From the IMG/VR virus record IMGVR_UViG_3300028832_002797: a stretch of 41,232 nt of DNA; one strand, written 5' to 3'. Below are positions 24,538 through 32,026 of the stretch, in pieces. The DNA comes from a virus (lineage: Duplodnaviria; Heunggongvirae; Uroviricota; Caudoviricetes). The notes under the pieces were generated by a model. The model saw only the letters and a list, made by a program, of their open reading frames with translations, was not told where the DNA came from and searched no databases. Within the stretch, counting starts at the first letter, position 1; each line of letters starts with the position of its first letter. The position numbers and the translations under genes were made by a program.

Positions 24538-25257
24538 TTACTTAGTTGCCTTCTTGGTTGCCTTCTTCTTAGCCTTCGGCTTGAATTCTTCTTCTTCATC
24601 TTCACCGAGTTCATCACCTTCTTCGGTTTCTTCGGTGTCGTTACCGGCCCAAGTTGCATCGGTATCGAAGTCGAGGTTGAACATGTTGGTGAAGTCAAAG
24701 CCGCCAGCTGCACCACCATTTCCGAAGAGCTGCTGCATCATGAGCATCTGACCCATACCGCCGAACATGTCGCCGTTGCCGTTATTGCCACCCATCATGC
24801 TCTTCATCATCATGAGCTGGATGAGCTTGCCCATGAGACCCTTACCCTTAAGACCGGCATTACCGAAGAGCGAAACAATCTTGCCGTACCAGAAAGCGCT
24901 GCCGAGGAACACGTGACGTTCCGGAACGATTTCACGGATTTCGCTAGTTTCATAGTCGATGCACTTGAAGGACTTGTCTTCTTCGTTTACACGAAGGACG
25001 CACTTCGGCTTACCCTGAACGAGGATAACGTCACCCGGATTGACCTTAGCGGTCGGAAGGACGAAGAAGAGGTCAGAAGCTTCCATGCAGAAGTTCGTGA
25101 CGTTAGTCAGGCGCTTCTTCGCCATATTGTAAGTCTTGTAACCATTGCTGGTCTTGATGGCAATGCCGCCGCTCATCGAGAGAGCGCAAAGACCCTTGTC
25201 GATCTTGCCGAACATGCCCTTGAATGTGTTACCCATGTTAAAGTCGAAATTGAACAT
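24538..25257 (-). CDS. Conserved phage protein with Met/Gly-rich and acidic/basic tail
   Basis: 239 aa, strongly biased codons, AAGGAA RBS; lies next to the vWA gene. Confidence 0.7.
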   Translation of the reverse strand: MFNFDFNMGNTFKGMFGKIDKGLCALSMSGGIAIKTSNGYKTYNMAKKRLTNVTNFCMEASDLFFVLPTAKVNPGDVILVQGKPKCVLRVNEEDKSFKCIDYETSEIREIVPERHVFLGSAFWYGKIVSLFGNAGLKGKGLMGKLIQLMMMKSMMGGNNGNGDMFGGMGQMLMMQQLFGNGGAAGGFDFTNMFNLDFDTDATWAGNDTEETEEGDELGEDEEEEFKPKAKKKATKKATK

Positions 25258-25303
25258 ATTATGTTTCCTTTTTTGTTTTATTGTTTATTGTTTTTGTTAA
25301 ATT

Positions 25304-25630
25304 TTACCACTTGATAACGTCAACCTTATCGGGTGCGTCCTCAGGTTCATAAAGTGTCTGGAAAGTTTCATCAGGCATGGCATAAAATTGACCATTGACG
25401 CCTTTAACGATCCAATCGCCTTCTGTTGCCGTATGCCGGCCAGTTGTTGTTGTGATAGTTACTCGGACAGTGTATTTTCCAATATCATATCCGATATTAT
25501 ATTCAGTATCGATGTAACCTTCTCCCCAGCTTAAAATCAACGGGAGATTTTCAACAGTGATTTGTACTGCTTCCACCAAAATAGGTTTCTTGCGATACTT
25601 AGGAACTTTTGTAATATTTGTTGTTTCCAT
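25304..25630 (-). CDS. Small conserved phage protein (YRKKP..VEAVQ / GDWIVKG family)
   Basis: KYRKKPILVEAVQ, TATEGDWIVKGVNGQFYAM..ETFQTLYE. Confidence 0.7.
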   Translation of the reverse strand: METTNITKVPKYRKKPILVEAVQITVENLPLILSWGEGYIDTEYNIGYDIGKYTVRVTITTTTGRHTATEGDWIVKGVNGQFYAMPDETFQTLYEPEDAPDKVDVIKW

Positions 25631-25650
25631 GTTGTTTTCTCTTGTGGTTA

Positions 25651-25687
25651 AATATAGTAAAAAAGCCGCTCTTTGTAAGCGGCTTTT
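25651..25687 (-). promoter_or_regulatory. Terminator-promoter cassette that also serves as the attenuator 3 terminator
   Basis: 10-bp stem AAAAGCCGCT/AGCGGCTTTT plus T-tract; CTTACA-N17-TATATT. Confidence 0.85.
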
Positions 25688-25726
25688 ATTTAAAATTGTT
25701 TGTAAATTTTAATTAACGGTATTTAA

Positions 25727-25801
25727 TTAAAATACGACAAAACAAGCCGCGATATGTGACTTGCTTGATGATGAAATAATGTCGTACTTTCTAATAATCA
25801 T
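25727..25801 (-). CDS. Leader peptide 3, MIIRKYDIISSSSKSHIAACFVVF (Ser/Ile-rich)
   Basis: Hand-translated; AGGT RBS-like; TCA TCA TCA AGC AAG TCA; contains GCGGCTT, complementary to the terminator 5' arm. Confidence 0.7.
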   Translation of the reverse strand: MIIRKYDIISSSSKSHIAACFVVF

Positions 25802-25816
25802 TTCTGTTACCTATGC

Positions 25817-25851
25817 ATTATATATAGAAATTATTTTTTAGTTTTCGCTTT
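25817..25851 (-). promoter_or_regulatory. Class-2 promoter motif AAAGCGAAAA...CTATATATAAT
   Basis: GCG-N23-TATAAT, overlapping the end of the upstream ORF. Confidence 0.7.
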
Positions 25852-26553
25852 TCGGAAGGAAGTTTTTCTGTCAAAACCATAAGCCTCCAAACGGGTGATG
25901 TCGTCACCCACCGGGACAATAGCTTCGTCAGGTCGAGCATGCGAATCAAACCAATGTTCCAATTCCCATAATGCCATGTATGGATCCTTAGCCATCTGGA
26001 AACGATAGTCTTTCAGGCAAGGCCAAGAAACAATATGAATTCTCGACTGCTTGTGGTCAGGAAGTCCATAATACTTAGAAACGTCGTAGAAATGAGAAAT
26101 GTATAATACAGGACCGAACTTTTCGAATATTTCATAATTCCAAAATTTTAAATCATCTGGATTTTTATAATTTATATTACGGTCATTTTTATCATACCAG
26201 GTCAAATACGACGATAACGACATTTTACGATTGTTTTCAACGATTTCATCAAATGTATAATACTTGATTGTTTTCGGATCATAGATAGCGGTTTTTTCGT
26301 ATTTATCGCCAGTAAAGAAATACCATTTACCGCAAAAGCCAATCATATTAAGAAACATGTGGGTGTAAATTTTCGTATGGTCATCACGCTCATGAATATA
26401 GGCGAGCTTGCCATCGAAATTTCCCAAAGATTCCATTTCACTAGGAAGCATGACATGTTCTTTCGTATCACGATGAATCGTAACGTCAGATTCGGCGAAT
26501 GAACCTAACGCACAATCATAATAGTCCTGAAACTTAGAAAATAATCTGAGCAT
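25831..26553 (-). CDS. Conserved hypothetical phage protein
   Basis: SKFQDYYD N-terminus, GDDITRLEAYGFDRKTSFRK C-terminus. Confidence 0.65.
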   Translation of the reverse strand: MLRLFSKFQDYYDCALGSFAESDVTIHRDTKEHVMLPSEMESLGNFDGKLAYIHERDDHTKIYTHMFLNMIGFCGKWYFFTGDKYEKTAIYDPKTIKYYTFDEIVENNRKMSLSSYLTWYDKNDRNINYKNPDDLKFWNYEIFEKFGPVLYISHFYDVSKYYGLPDHKQSRIHIVSWPCLKDYRFQMAKDPYMALWELEHWFDSHARPDEAIVPVGDDITRLEAYGFDRKTSFRKAKTKK

Positions 26554-26561
26554 AATAGTCC

Positions 26562-27470
26562 TTAAATATCTATGATAAAATCAGAAAGTTTGGCCGGCAA
26601 AGAATAACGATGAAGTTTTTCTCCAGTATAGTCAACGAAATCGCAATATCCCATATAGTCCCCTGGATAACCGATCGGATTACATAGAATATGAATAACA
26701 TTTCCTTTAGAATTGACATATTCTGCTTGACGCTTACCATGAACATGACCGCAAATCCAATAGGTATCGTTATCGAGTTCGTTAAGGAACTCTTCACCGT
26801 TAAAATAGAAAACATAGTTCCAAGGGTCATTCCTGAAATCGTGCGGAATTCCGAGTTCATACGGTACAAAATGTGTAACGATTACTTTCGGTTTTTGTTT
26901 AACGAGATTCATCATCATCTCATTATAATGATTCCAAATTTTTCCAGGTTCCTGCTGGAAATAACGCCAATGCTTTCCGTCAAACCAGTTACGTTTCCAG
27001 TTAGTAAACGGGTCAAGTCCATACATTGGCGGTTCACACCGAAAATCACACATGCCCATGCATCCGCCGATTCCGTTAACGATATTACCGTCAAGTAAGT
27101 GAACGTTATCGAACTTAGCACAAACTTCTTTCATTGCTTCCAGTTTCTTCTCACTGGAAACAAATTGAAGATTGGATTTCGATGGAGTAGAACCACGAAC
27201 GGCAAGGTCATGGTTTCCGGCAACAAGATAGATTTCCTTATACTTTGGAGCGAGCCAAGGTATGATACGCGAGAAAGTCAAAAAATCGTTCGAATAATCG
27301 CCAGCCAGAATCAACCGGTCGACGAACGGAATACTATATACCTTCCAGATATGCTCGAGAGTATCAGTTACAACGTCTGCCTCGGGATCGTCAGCTTTTA
27401 AACGAGCTGGCTTTACGGCATACGCAAAATGAATATCTACATGTATATCAGAAATGATAAGTGTTTTCAT
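26562..27470 (-). CDS. Calcineurin-like metallophosphoesterase
   Basis: ISDIH, AGDY, GNHD, THFVP, CGHVH, NPIGYP. Confidence 0.85.
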   Translation of the reverse strand: MKTLIISDIHVDIHFAYAVKPARLKADDPEADVVTDTLEHIWKVYSIPFVDRLILAGDYSNDFLTFSRIIPWLAPKYKEIYLVAGNHDLAVRGSTPSKSNLQFVSSEKKLEAMKEVCAKFDNVHLLDGNIVNGIGGCMGMCDFRCEPPMYGLDPFTNWKRNWFDGKHWRYFQQEPGKIWNHYNEMMMNLVKQKPKVIVTHFVPYELGIPHDFRNDPWNYVFYFNGEEFLNELDNDTYWICGHVHGKRQAEYVNSKGNVIHILCNPIGYPGDYMGYCDFVDYTGEKLHRYSLPAKLSDFIIDI

Positions 27471-27472
27471 AA

Positions 27473-27781
27473 TTAACTTTCTTTACATTCGCGGATAGCT
27501 TCGATAAACTTCCGCATATCATTCGAAATGATATTTTCTTCTTTGATTTTAGGTTCATTGAACCAGTTATCGCCTTTATAGTTAGCATAGATTATGACAG
27601 ACTTTAAATCTGCTCGGTCAAGTACCATAAGATAAGGCATTCCGCCATTCTTATGATAGAACAGCAATCCATGATGTCCATCCTTGGTTACGTGATAAGA
27701 GCATTCGTATTTTTCTATATATTTACGAAATGCTTTCAAACGCGTAGGCATGGTATTTATGGTTAATTCTGTACTTAACAT
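27473..27781 (-). CDS. Hypothetical protein
   Basis: 102-aa ORF in array. Confidence 0.55.
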   Translation of the reverse strand: MLSTELTINTMPTRLKAFRKYIEKYECSYHVTKDGHHGLLFYHKNGGMPYLMVLDRADLKSVIIYANYKGDNWFNEPKIKEENIISNDMRKFIEAIRECKES

Positions 27782-27789
27782 ATTTTCTC

Positions 27790-28329
27790 CTAGGGTAAAT
27801 CTTTCGGGTTGACCAGAATAATCTTGAGTCTGCCGCCATGAAGTTCAGTAACTTCCTTTTCTTCTACGAGGTCATCGACAAGCCAGACTTCAAGAGGATC
27901 CTGAACTGTTGCCTTATGTTCTCCAGCATTTAGATGAGTTTCAGTAATAGTTCTGGAAAACAGGTCGACAAAGCAACTTAGTTTCGAAATACCGAATTCA
28001 GCCATCATTCCAGGTTCGATTGCTCGGTCGAAATCTTCTTCAGCCAACCAACCAGCAGCGATAGCGGAACGAACAGAAAACGATTTCGGGAAGACACGGC
28101 AACTACATCCAATATTTAAAGGATCCTTACCGAGCTTGACCAACATCGAATTGACGATATTGATGTCGACTTCTTCCTTAGTCTTCCAACCCCATGTGAA
28201 GAAACTTAAAGTCTGAATGGGCTTTTCTTCAATGAAACGTTTAATCTTGGCACAATTTTCATCAAGAAAATTACAGTTAACAAGATCGTCGATAATCGTA
28301 TTCTCTATGTCGAGGTAAATAAAACGCAT
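27790..28329 (-). CDS. HAD-like protein
   Basis: IYLDIENT (motif I-like) and WLVDD (motif IV-like). Confidence 0.55.
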   Translation of the reverse strand: MRFIYLDIENTIIDDLVNCNFLDENCAKIKRFIEEKPIQTLSFFTWGWKTKEEVDINIVNSMLVKLGKDPLNIGCSCRVFPKSFSVRSAIAAGWLAEEDFDRAIEPGMMAEFGISKLSCFVDLFSRTITETHLNAGEHKATVQDPLEVWLVDDLVEEKEVTELHGGRLKIILVNPKDLP

Positions 28330-28335
28330 ATTGCA

Positions 28336-28364
28336 AATATAGCAATATGCATCAATTTCGTAAA
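28336..28364 (-). promoter_or_regulatory. Sigma70-like promoter TTTACG-N17-TATATT
   Basis: Consensus match. Confidence 0.75.
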
Positions 28365-28366
28365 CC

Positions 28367-28657
28367 CTACAATCTTTCGATAATTTTCTTCATCTCTAAA
28401 TTGTGATAATATTCCAAAGTTTCTTTTAATGGAGGTGTATCTTTATCTTTAGCCCAATATTGATCCTGTAAAACAGACAAGCCTTTCTGTATTGCCATGT
28501 GTATTCTGACATACTCATTTAAATTTCTCTTATCGAATTCTGTCTCGTACACCGACAAAAAATAATCGGCAAATACAGTAATAAAATCAAGAACCTCGTC
28601 CTTGTAATTACAATAGCTGCCTCTACGTTTTAAACTGTATTTATCTTCGAGAATCAT
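28367..28657 (-). CDS. Hypothetical protein
   Basis: 96-aa ORF in array. Confidence 0.55.
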   Translation of the reverse strand: MILEDKYSLKRRGSYCNYKDEVLDFITVFADYFLSVYETEFDKRNLNEYVRIHMAIQKGLSVLQDQYWAKDKDTPPLKETLEYYHNLEMKKIIERL

Positions 28658-28842
28658 TAGTCAGTAAAGATAGCACAAAGTGCAAAGTAAACTAACAAGC
28701 AAATAAGAATAATCGGTGCGAACATATAGCATAGCAAACAAATCAGGATAATCTTAGAGATTCTCCTAGAAGTCTTATCACCAGTAGTGATGAAGTAGAT
28801 ACAGAGGATAGTGCCGATGATAGCCCACAAAGAAATAATCAT
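28657..28842 (-). CDS. Small membrane protein
   Basis: Two hydrophobic segments, AAGGAG RBS. Confidence 0.6.
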   Translation of the reverse strand: MIISLWAIIGTILCIYFITTGDKTSRRISKIILICLLCYMFAPIILICLLVYFALCAIFTD

Positions 28843-28851
28843 ATATTCTCC

Positions 28852-29340
28852 TTAAAGTTTTTCTCGAGCAGAACGCTTGAGCATGTTAGATACGTAGACA
28901 TTCGGATAAAGACAAGGATTGTTCGGATTCGTTTCCCAGTCAATATCAGGATATTGCTCCTTTATATATTTGATAAATGCCTGGCTACGTGATTTTCCGG
29001 CATTACAATGGATATAAAAGTCCTTATCCTTATTGGATTCGATAAAATCAACCGCACGGTCAGCCTGTTCCTTTGTAATATTAGTGGCATTAAAACCGTC
29101 ACAAACACGAACTTCTTCGTTGATGTCATCAAAATCCAGATTTAAAACATTGGTCTTGTCCTTAAAACGATGAATATCGTTAAGACCGTCATAACGTTCA
29201 TGTACGAAATTATGCTTTACCGGTTCCGTACAGCAAATAGAAATGACTGCTGCATTTTCTGGCAACGTACTGTCATCCCACTTACATTCGTCCATGTAGA
29301 GGTTGAAATTTTTACGACTGAAACAATAAAGTTTTTGCAT
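28852..29340 (-). CDS. Protein-tyrosine/dual-specificity phosphatase-fold protein
   Basis: IHCNAGKSRS (CX5R), LNLDFDD. Confidence 0.8.
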   Translation of the reverse strand: MQKLYCFSRKNFNLYMDECKWDDSTLPENAAVISICCTEPVKHNFVHERYDGLNDIHRFKDKTNVLNLDFDDINEEVRVCDGFNATNITKEQADRAVDFIESNKDKDFYIHCNAGKSRSQAFIKYIKEQYPDIDWETNPNNPCLYPNVYVSNMLKRSAREKL

Positions 29341-29346
29341 GGTTAA

Positions 29347-29382
29347 AATATAATAAAAAATACCCGTTTTGTCAACGGGTCA
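29347..29382 (-). promoter_or_regulatory. Terminator-promoter cassette
   Basis: Stem ACCCGTT/AACGGGT plus T6; TTGACA-N17-TATATT; 34 bp identical to 8055-8088. Confidence 0.85.
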
Positions 29383-29385
29383 TTT

Positions 29386-29529
29386 TTATCTTACGAACAT
29401 TATTATTCCCAACATTATAATTATTCCGATTCCAAGAAACAAGATAGTTAAATCATAGTTCAATGTTGTCTTTTTAACATAAATTGGGTCTAACTTTGGA
29501 ACTTTGTCAATTTCCGCCTTCTTCTTCAT
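29386..29529 (-). CDS. Small membrane protein (47 aa)
   Basis: Hand-translated MKKKAEIDKVPKLDPIYVKKTTLNYDLTILFLGIGIIIMLGIIMFVR; GGAGGG RBS. Confidence 0.5.
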   Translation of the reverse strand: MKKKAEIDKVPKLDPIYVKKTTLNYDLTILFLGIGIIIMLGIIMFVR

Positions 29530-30076
29530 TATTCCCTCCTATATTATTTATTTCGGGAATTGTTAGGTTATTCTTTTCCTTTTCCTTATAATAAGCATCC
29601 ATTAGAATACGTATATCATTGAAGAGCATGTTCTTAGAAAACTTCTCATCAAAGGCTTCGCAATATTCTTTCAATCGAGATATACTTTCATCAAGTCGAT
29701 TTTCTTCCGTGGACTCAACCGCTTCGACAGGTTCCGTTTCAACTTCCTTATATTTTGTAAAGAACTTATCAAACTTATCGAAGTTAAAACGTATCGGCCT
29801 ATTGTCTTCGAAATCGAAATATTCCGACATAATAAAATCCTTAAGACCATATTTCTTTTTAAGATGTTCATACGGCCTAAGATTACAATACGTATATGTA
29901 TCGGTCACTCTGAACGTTATAATTCCAATAATTCGTTCCTTATAAGAAACATACCAGATTTCATCGTTTAGAATTACGTTCTTGACTATATCAAAACCGT
30001 TTCGTAATAAGTTCAGTCGAAACAAATACGACGTGTCATTGAGATAGTTGAACTTATTTATATCTTCGGGTTTCAT
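29507..30076 (-). CDS. Hypothetical protein
   Basis: 189-aa ORF in array. Confidence 0.55.
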   Translation of the reverse strand: MKPEDINKFNYLNDTSYLFRLNLLRNGFDIVKNVILNDEIWYVSYKERIIGIITFRVTDTYTYCNLRPYEHLKKKYGLKDFIMSEYFDFEDNRPIRFNFDKFDKFFTKYKEVETEPVEAVESTEENRLDESISRLKEYCEAFDEKFSKNMLFNDIRILMDAYYKEKEKNNLTIPEINNIGGNNEEEGGN

Positions 30077-30082
30077 AATATG

Positions 30083-30262
30083 TTATTTATTTAGGAATTC
30101 ATCGAAGCTGGAAATAACTTCGTTGAGTGAACGTTGCGGTCTTTCAGACGAACATTCGTCCGGAAAAATTGTGACAATTCTGTTTACTCCCATCAAACCA
30201 AACGTAACAACGAAGCAGATAAGAGGAATAGTCAGCAAAACAAGTAAGATTGTTATTAACAT
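30083..30262 (-). CDS. Small membrane protein (59 aa)
   Basis: Hand-translated MLITILLVLLTIPLICFVV...VISSFDEFLNK. Confidence 0.55.
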   Translation of the reverse strand: MLITILLVLLTIPLICFVVTFGLMGVNRIVTIFPDECSSERPQRSLNEVISSFDEFLNK

Positions 30263-31098
30263 ACTTCAAATACCTTCTTGAAAGTGTCATAGTTGGTCGT
30301 ATCTTCGCTGGAGCAATATACAGCAAATACGATGTTCTTGAAAGAATTCATGAAATGTTCAGAAATAACCTTCTTATAGGCATTAGCCACGACTTCTGGC
30401 GGATTCCTGAACGCACCACAGCCAAAAGCACCGAGAACGACTGTTTCATTTCCATGGAAAGCAGCACAAGAAAGAATCTTGTATGCACGCTCTTCATGAA
30501 GCTTCTGGAGTTCTGCATTAGAAATCTTAACACCTTCGCCGTTTTCATGGTTATAGGCATTGGCAGGAGTTTCACGGAGGTTAGGTGCGGCACAGGTAAT
30601 AACATTCACCTTCTTGGTCTGATAAAGATTGGTATAATTATCAGACTTCAGAATAACGACATCGGGAGTATAGATAATGTCGTCATTGTGCAATGGCGTT
30701 CCATTTGTCTTATGGGGCGTGTAGAACAGTTCTTTTGCCCAATCAGTATTCAGACACTGGTAAAGCGTAGAACAGCGGCAGAGGCACTCTTCTTGAGCAC
30801 TGGAGCCCTTTGTAACGCCGCCACCAGGATTAGTAGCCGAAGCAAAGTTCAAAACGGCGACAGTTCCGTTATACTTACGTGCTGTATTGAAAGATCCTTC
30901 TTTACAAACCGTAATTTTTGCAGGAGTATCAAAAGTTTGTTTCCGACCGTATTTAAAATATTCAGTGGAAGTCTTATCAGCGTAAAATACCTGGTTCTTA
31001 AATGAATGTTCGACAGCTTCTTGAAGCTTACGGTCCTTTGAAATCTGTGCGAGGGTATCGTTAAAAATCTTAATGTTTTCGGATTTCTTAGAGTACAT
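30256..31098 (-). CDS. Bacterial-type poly(ADP-ribose) glycohydrolase (TIGR02452/DUF2263 macrodomain)
   Basis: VLNFASATNPGGG..GSSAQEECLCRCSTLY, IYTPDV, VITCAAPN, VLGAFGCGAFRNPP. Confidence 0.9.
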   Translation of the reverse strand: MYSKKSENIKIFNDTLAQISKDRKLQEAVEHSFKNQVFYADKTSTEYFKYGRKQTFDTPAKITVCKEGSFNTARKYNGTVAVLNFASATNPGGGVTKGSSAQEECLCRCSTLYQCLNTDWAKELFYTPHKTNGTPLHNDDIIYTPDVVILKSDNYTNLYQTKKVNVITCAAPNLRETPANAYNHENGEGVKISNAELQKLHEERAYKILSCAAFHGNETVVLGAFGCGAFRNPPEVVANAYKKVISEHFMNSFKNIVFAVYCSSEDTTNYDTFKKVFEVC

Positions 31099-31124
31099 GT
31101 TTTATCCTATTAGAAGTTTTCCCT

Positions 31125-31161
31125 AATATAGAAAAAGGATTGACGTTTGTCAACCCCTTTT
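31125..31161 (-). promoter_or_regulatory. Terminator-promoter cassette
   Basis: Stem GGGGTTGAC/GTCAATCCT plus T-tract; TTGACA-N17-TATATT. Confidence 0.85.
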
Positions 31162-31162
31162 A

Positions 31163-31230
31163 TTGCAGCCACCTGAATTGAACAGGCCCTCATAGTCATG
31201 GACTATGTATGCACCGTACAACAGACTGCG
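31163..31230 (-). tRNA. Isolated atypical tRNA(CAU), initiator-like C1:A72 mismatch
   Basis: CGCAGTC/GGCTGCA; mini D-arm TGTA-CGG-TGCA; CATAG-TCCATGA-CTATG; GCCTG-TTCAATT-CAGGT. Confidence 0.65.
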
Positions 31231-31300
31231 GGCCCCACTTTGTATTTCAGCCGCTCAAGACACATTTAAGTCTATGTTGCGGCGTGGGTTTTTGCTATGA

Positions 31301-31942
31301 TTAGCGATTCTTGTATTCGCGGACAGCATCTTCGAATTCGAGGTCGATGACGCTGGACTTAAAGTCTTCCTTACGCGGGTTCACGATTTCAGCAACTTCC
31401 TGCTTTGCTTCCATACGGAACTGAGTAGTCTGGACTTCCTTTTCGATTTCAGCAATCATTTCATTGCAATCGAGGCCGAAGTCACCGAGAGCGGTGTTGG
31501 AGCACATCTTGCAAGTATCGATCTGAACCTGGAGAGTCGTCAACTTGGCTTCCATAAGAGCCTTATTGGTATCGATGTTCTTGAGAGTGTCACGAACCTT
31601 GATGCACTGCTTTTCAGTGTTCTGCCAAGCATTTTCGATGGTGTCACGAGCAGACTTGAGGCCCTTCCAAGTGATGAACTTGATCTTGGCTTCATCGGTC
31701 TTGTCACCGTCAACAAGACGTTCCCATTCACGGCGAGCCGTAGCGGTCTGAACGTCAAGTTCGTCAAAGCGCTTCTTCAAGGTCTTAGCATTCACCAACA
31801 TGTCTTCTGCAGACTTGATGTAGTTTGCAGCGTTCTTGTTGTATTGACGACGGATTTCTTCAATCTTATCCTTGGTAGAGATAAGGGATTCGATGCCAGA
31901 CTGTGCCTTGTGAGCGAAGATTTTGAAGATATTGAACTTCAT
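31301..31942 (-). CDS. PspA/IM30-like coiled-coil protein
   Basis: About 213 aa, all-helical heptad pattern, MKFNIFK N-terminus, A..L..GD..EAK pattern; start moved to MKFN. Confidence 0.5.
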   Translation of the reverse strand: MKFNIFKIFAHKAQSGIESLISTKDKIEEIRRQYNKNAANYIKSAEDMLVNAKTLKKRFDELDVQTATARREWERLVDGDKTDEAKIKFITWKGLKSARDTIENAWQNTEKQCIKVRDTLKNIDTNKALMEAKLTTLQVQIDTCKMCSNTALGDFGLDCNEMIAEIEKEVQTTQFRMEAKQEVAEIVNPRKEDFKSSVIDLEFEDAVREYKNR

Positions 31943-31991
31943 GGTTTTTTCCTTTTGTTTGGTGTTACTGTTGTTTATTTTAACGTTGTTA

Positions 31992-32020
31992 AATATAGTA
32001 AAGTTTGTTTGGTTTGTCAA
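31992..32020 (-). promoter_or_regulatory. Sigma70-like promoter TTGACA-N17-TATATT
   Basis: Consensus; AACTTTACTATATTTAACAACGTTA is shared with the promoter at 315-343. Confidence 0.8.
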
Positions 32021-32026
32021 CCCTTT

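Noticed and set aside
23519-25314. Long plus-strand ORFs (410 aa and 263 aa)
   Set aside because: Antisense shadows of the codon-biased vWA and 24538-25257 genes; no RBS, promoter or recognisable motifs
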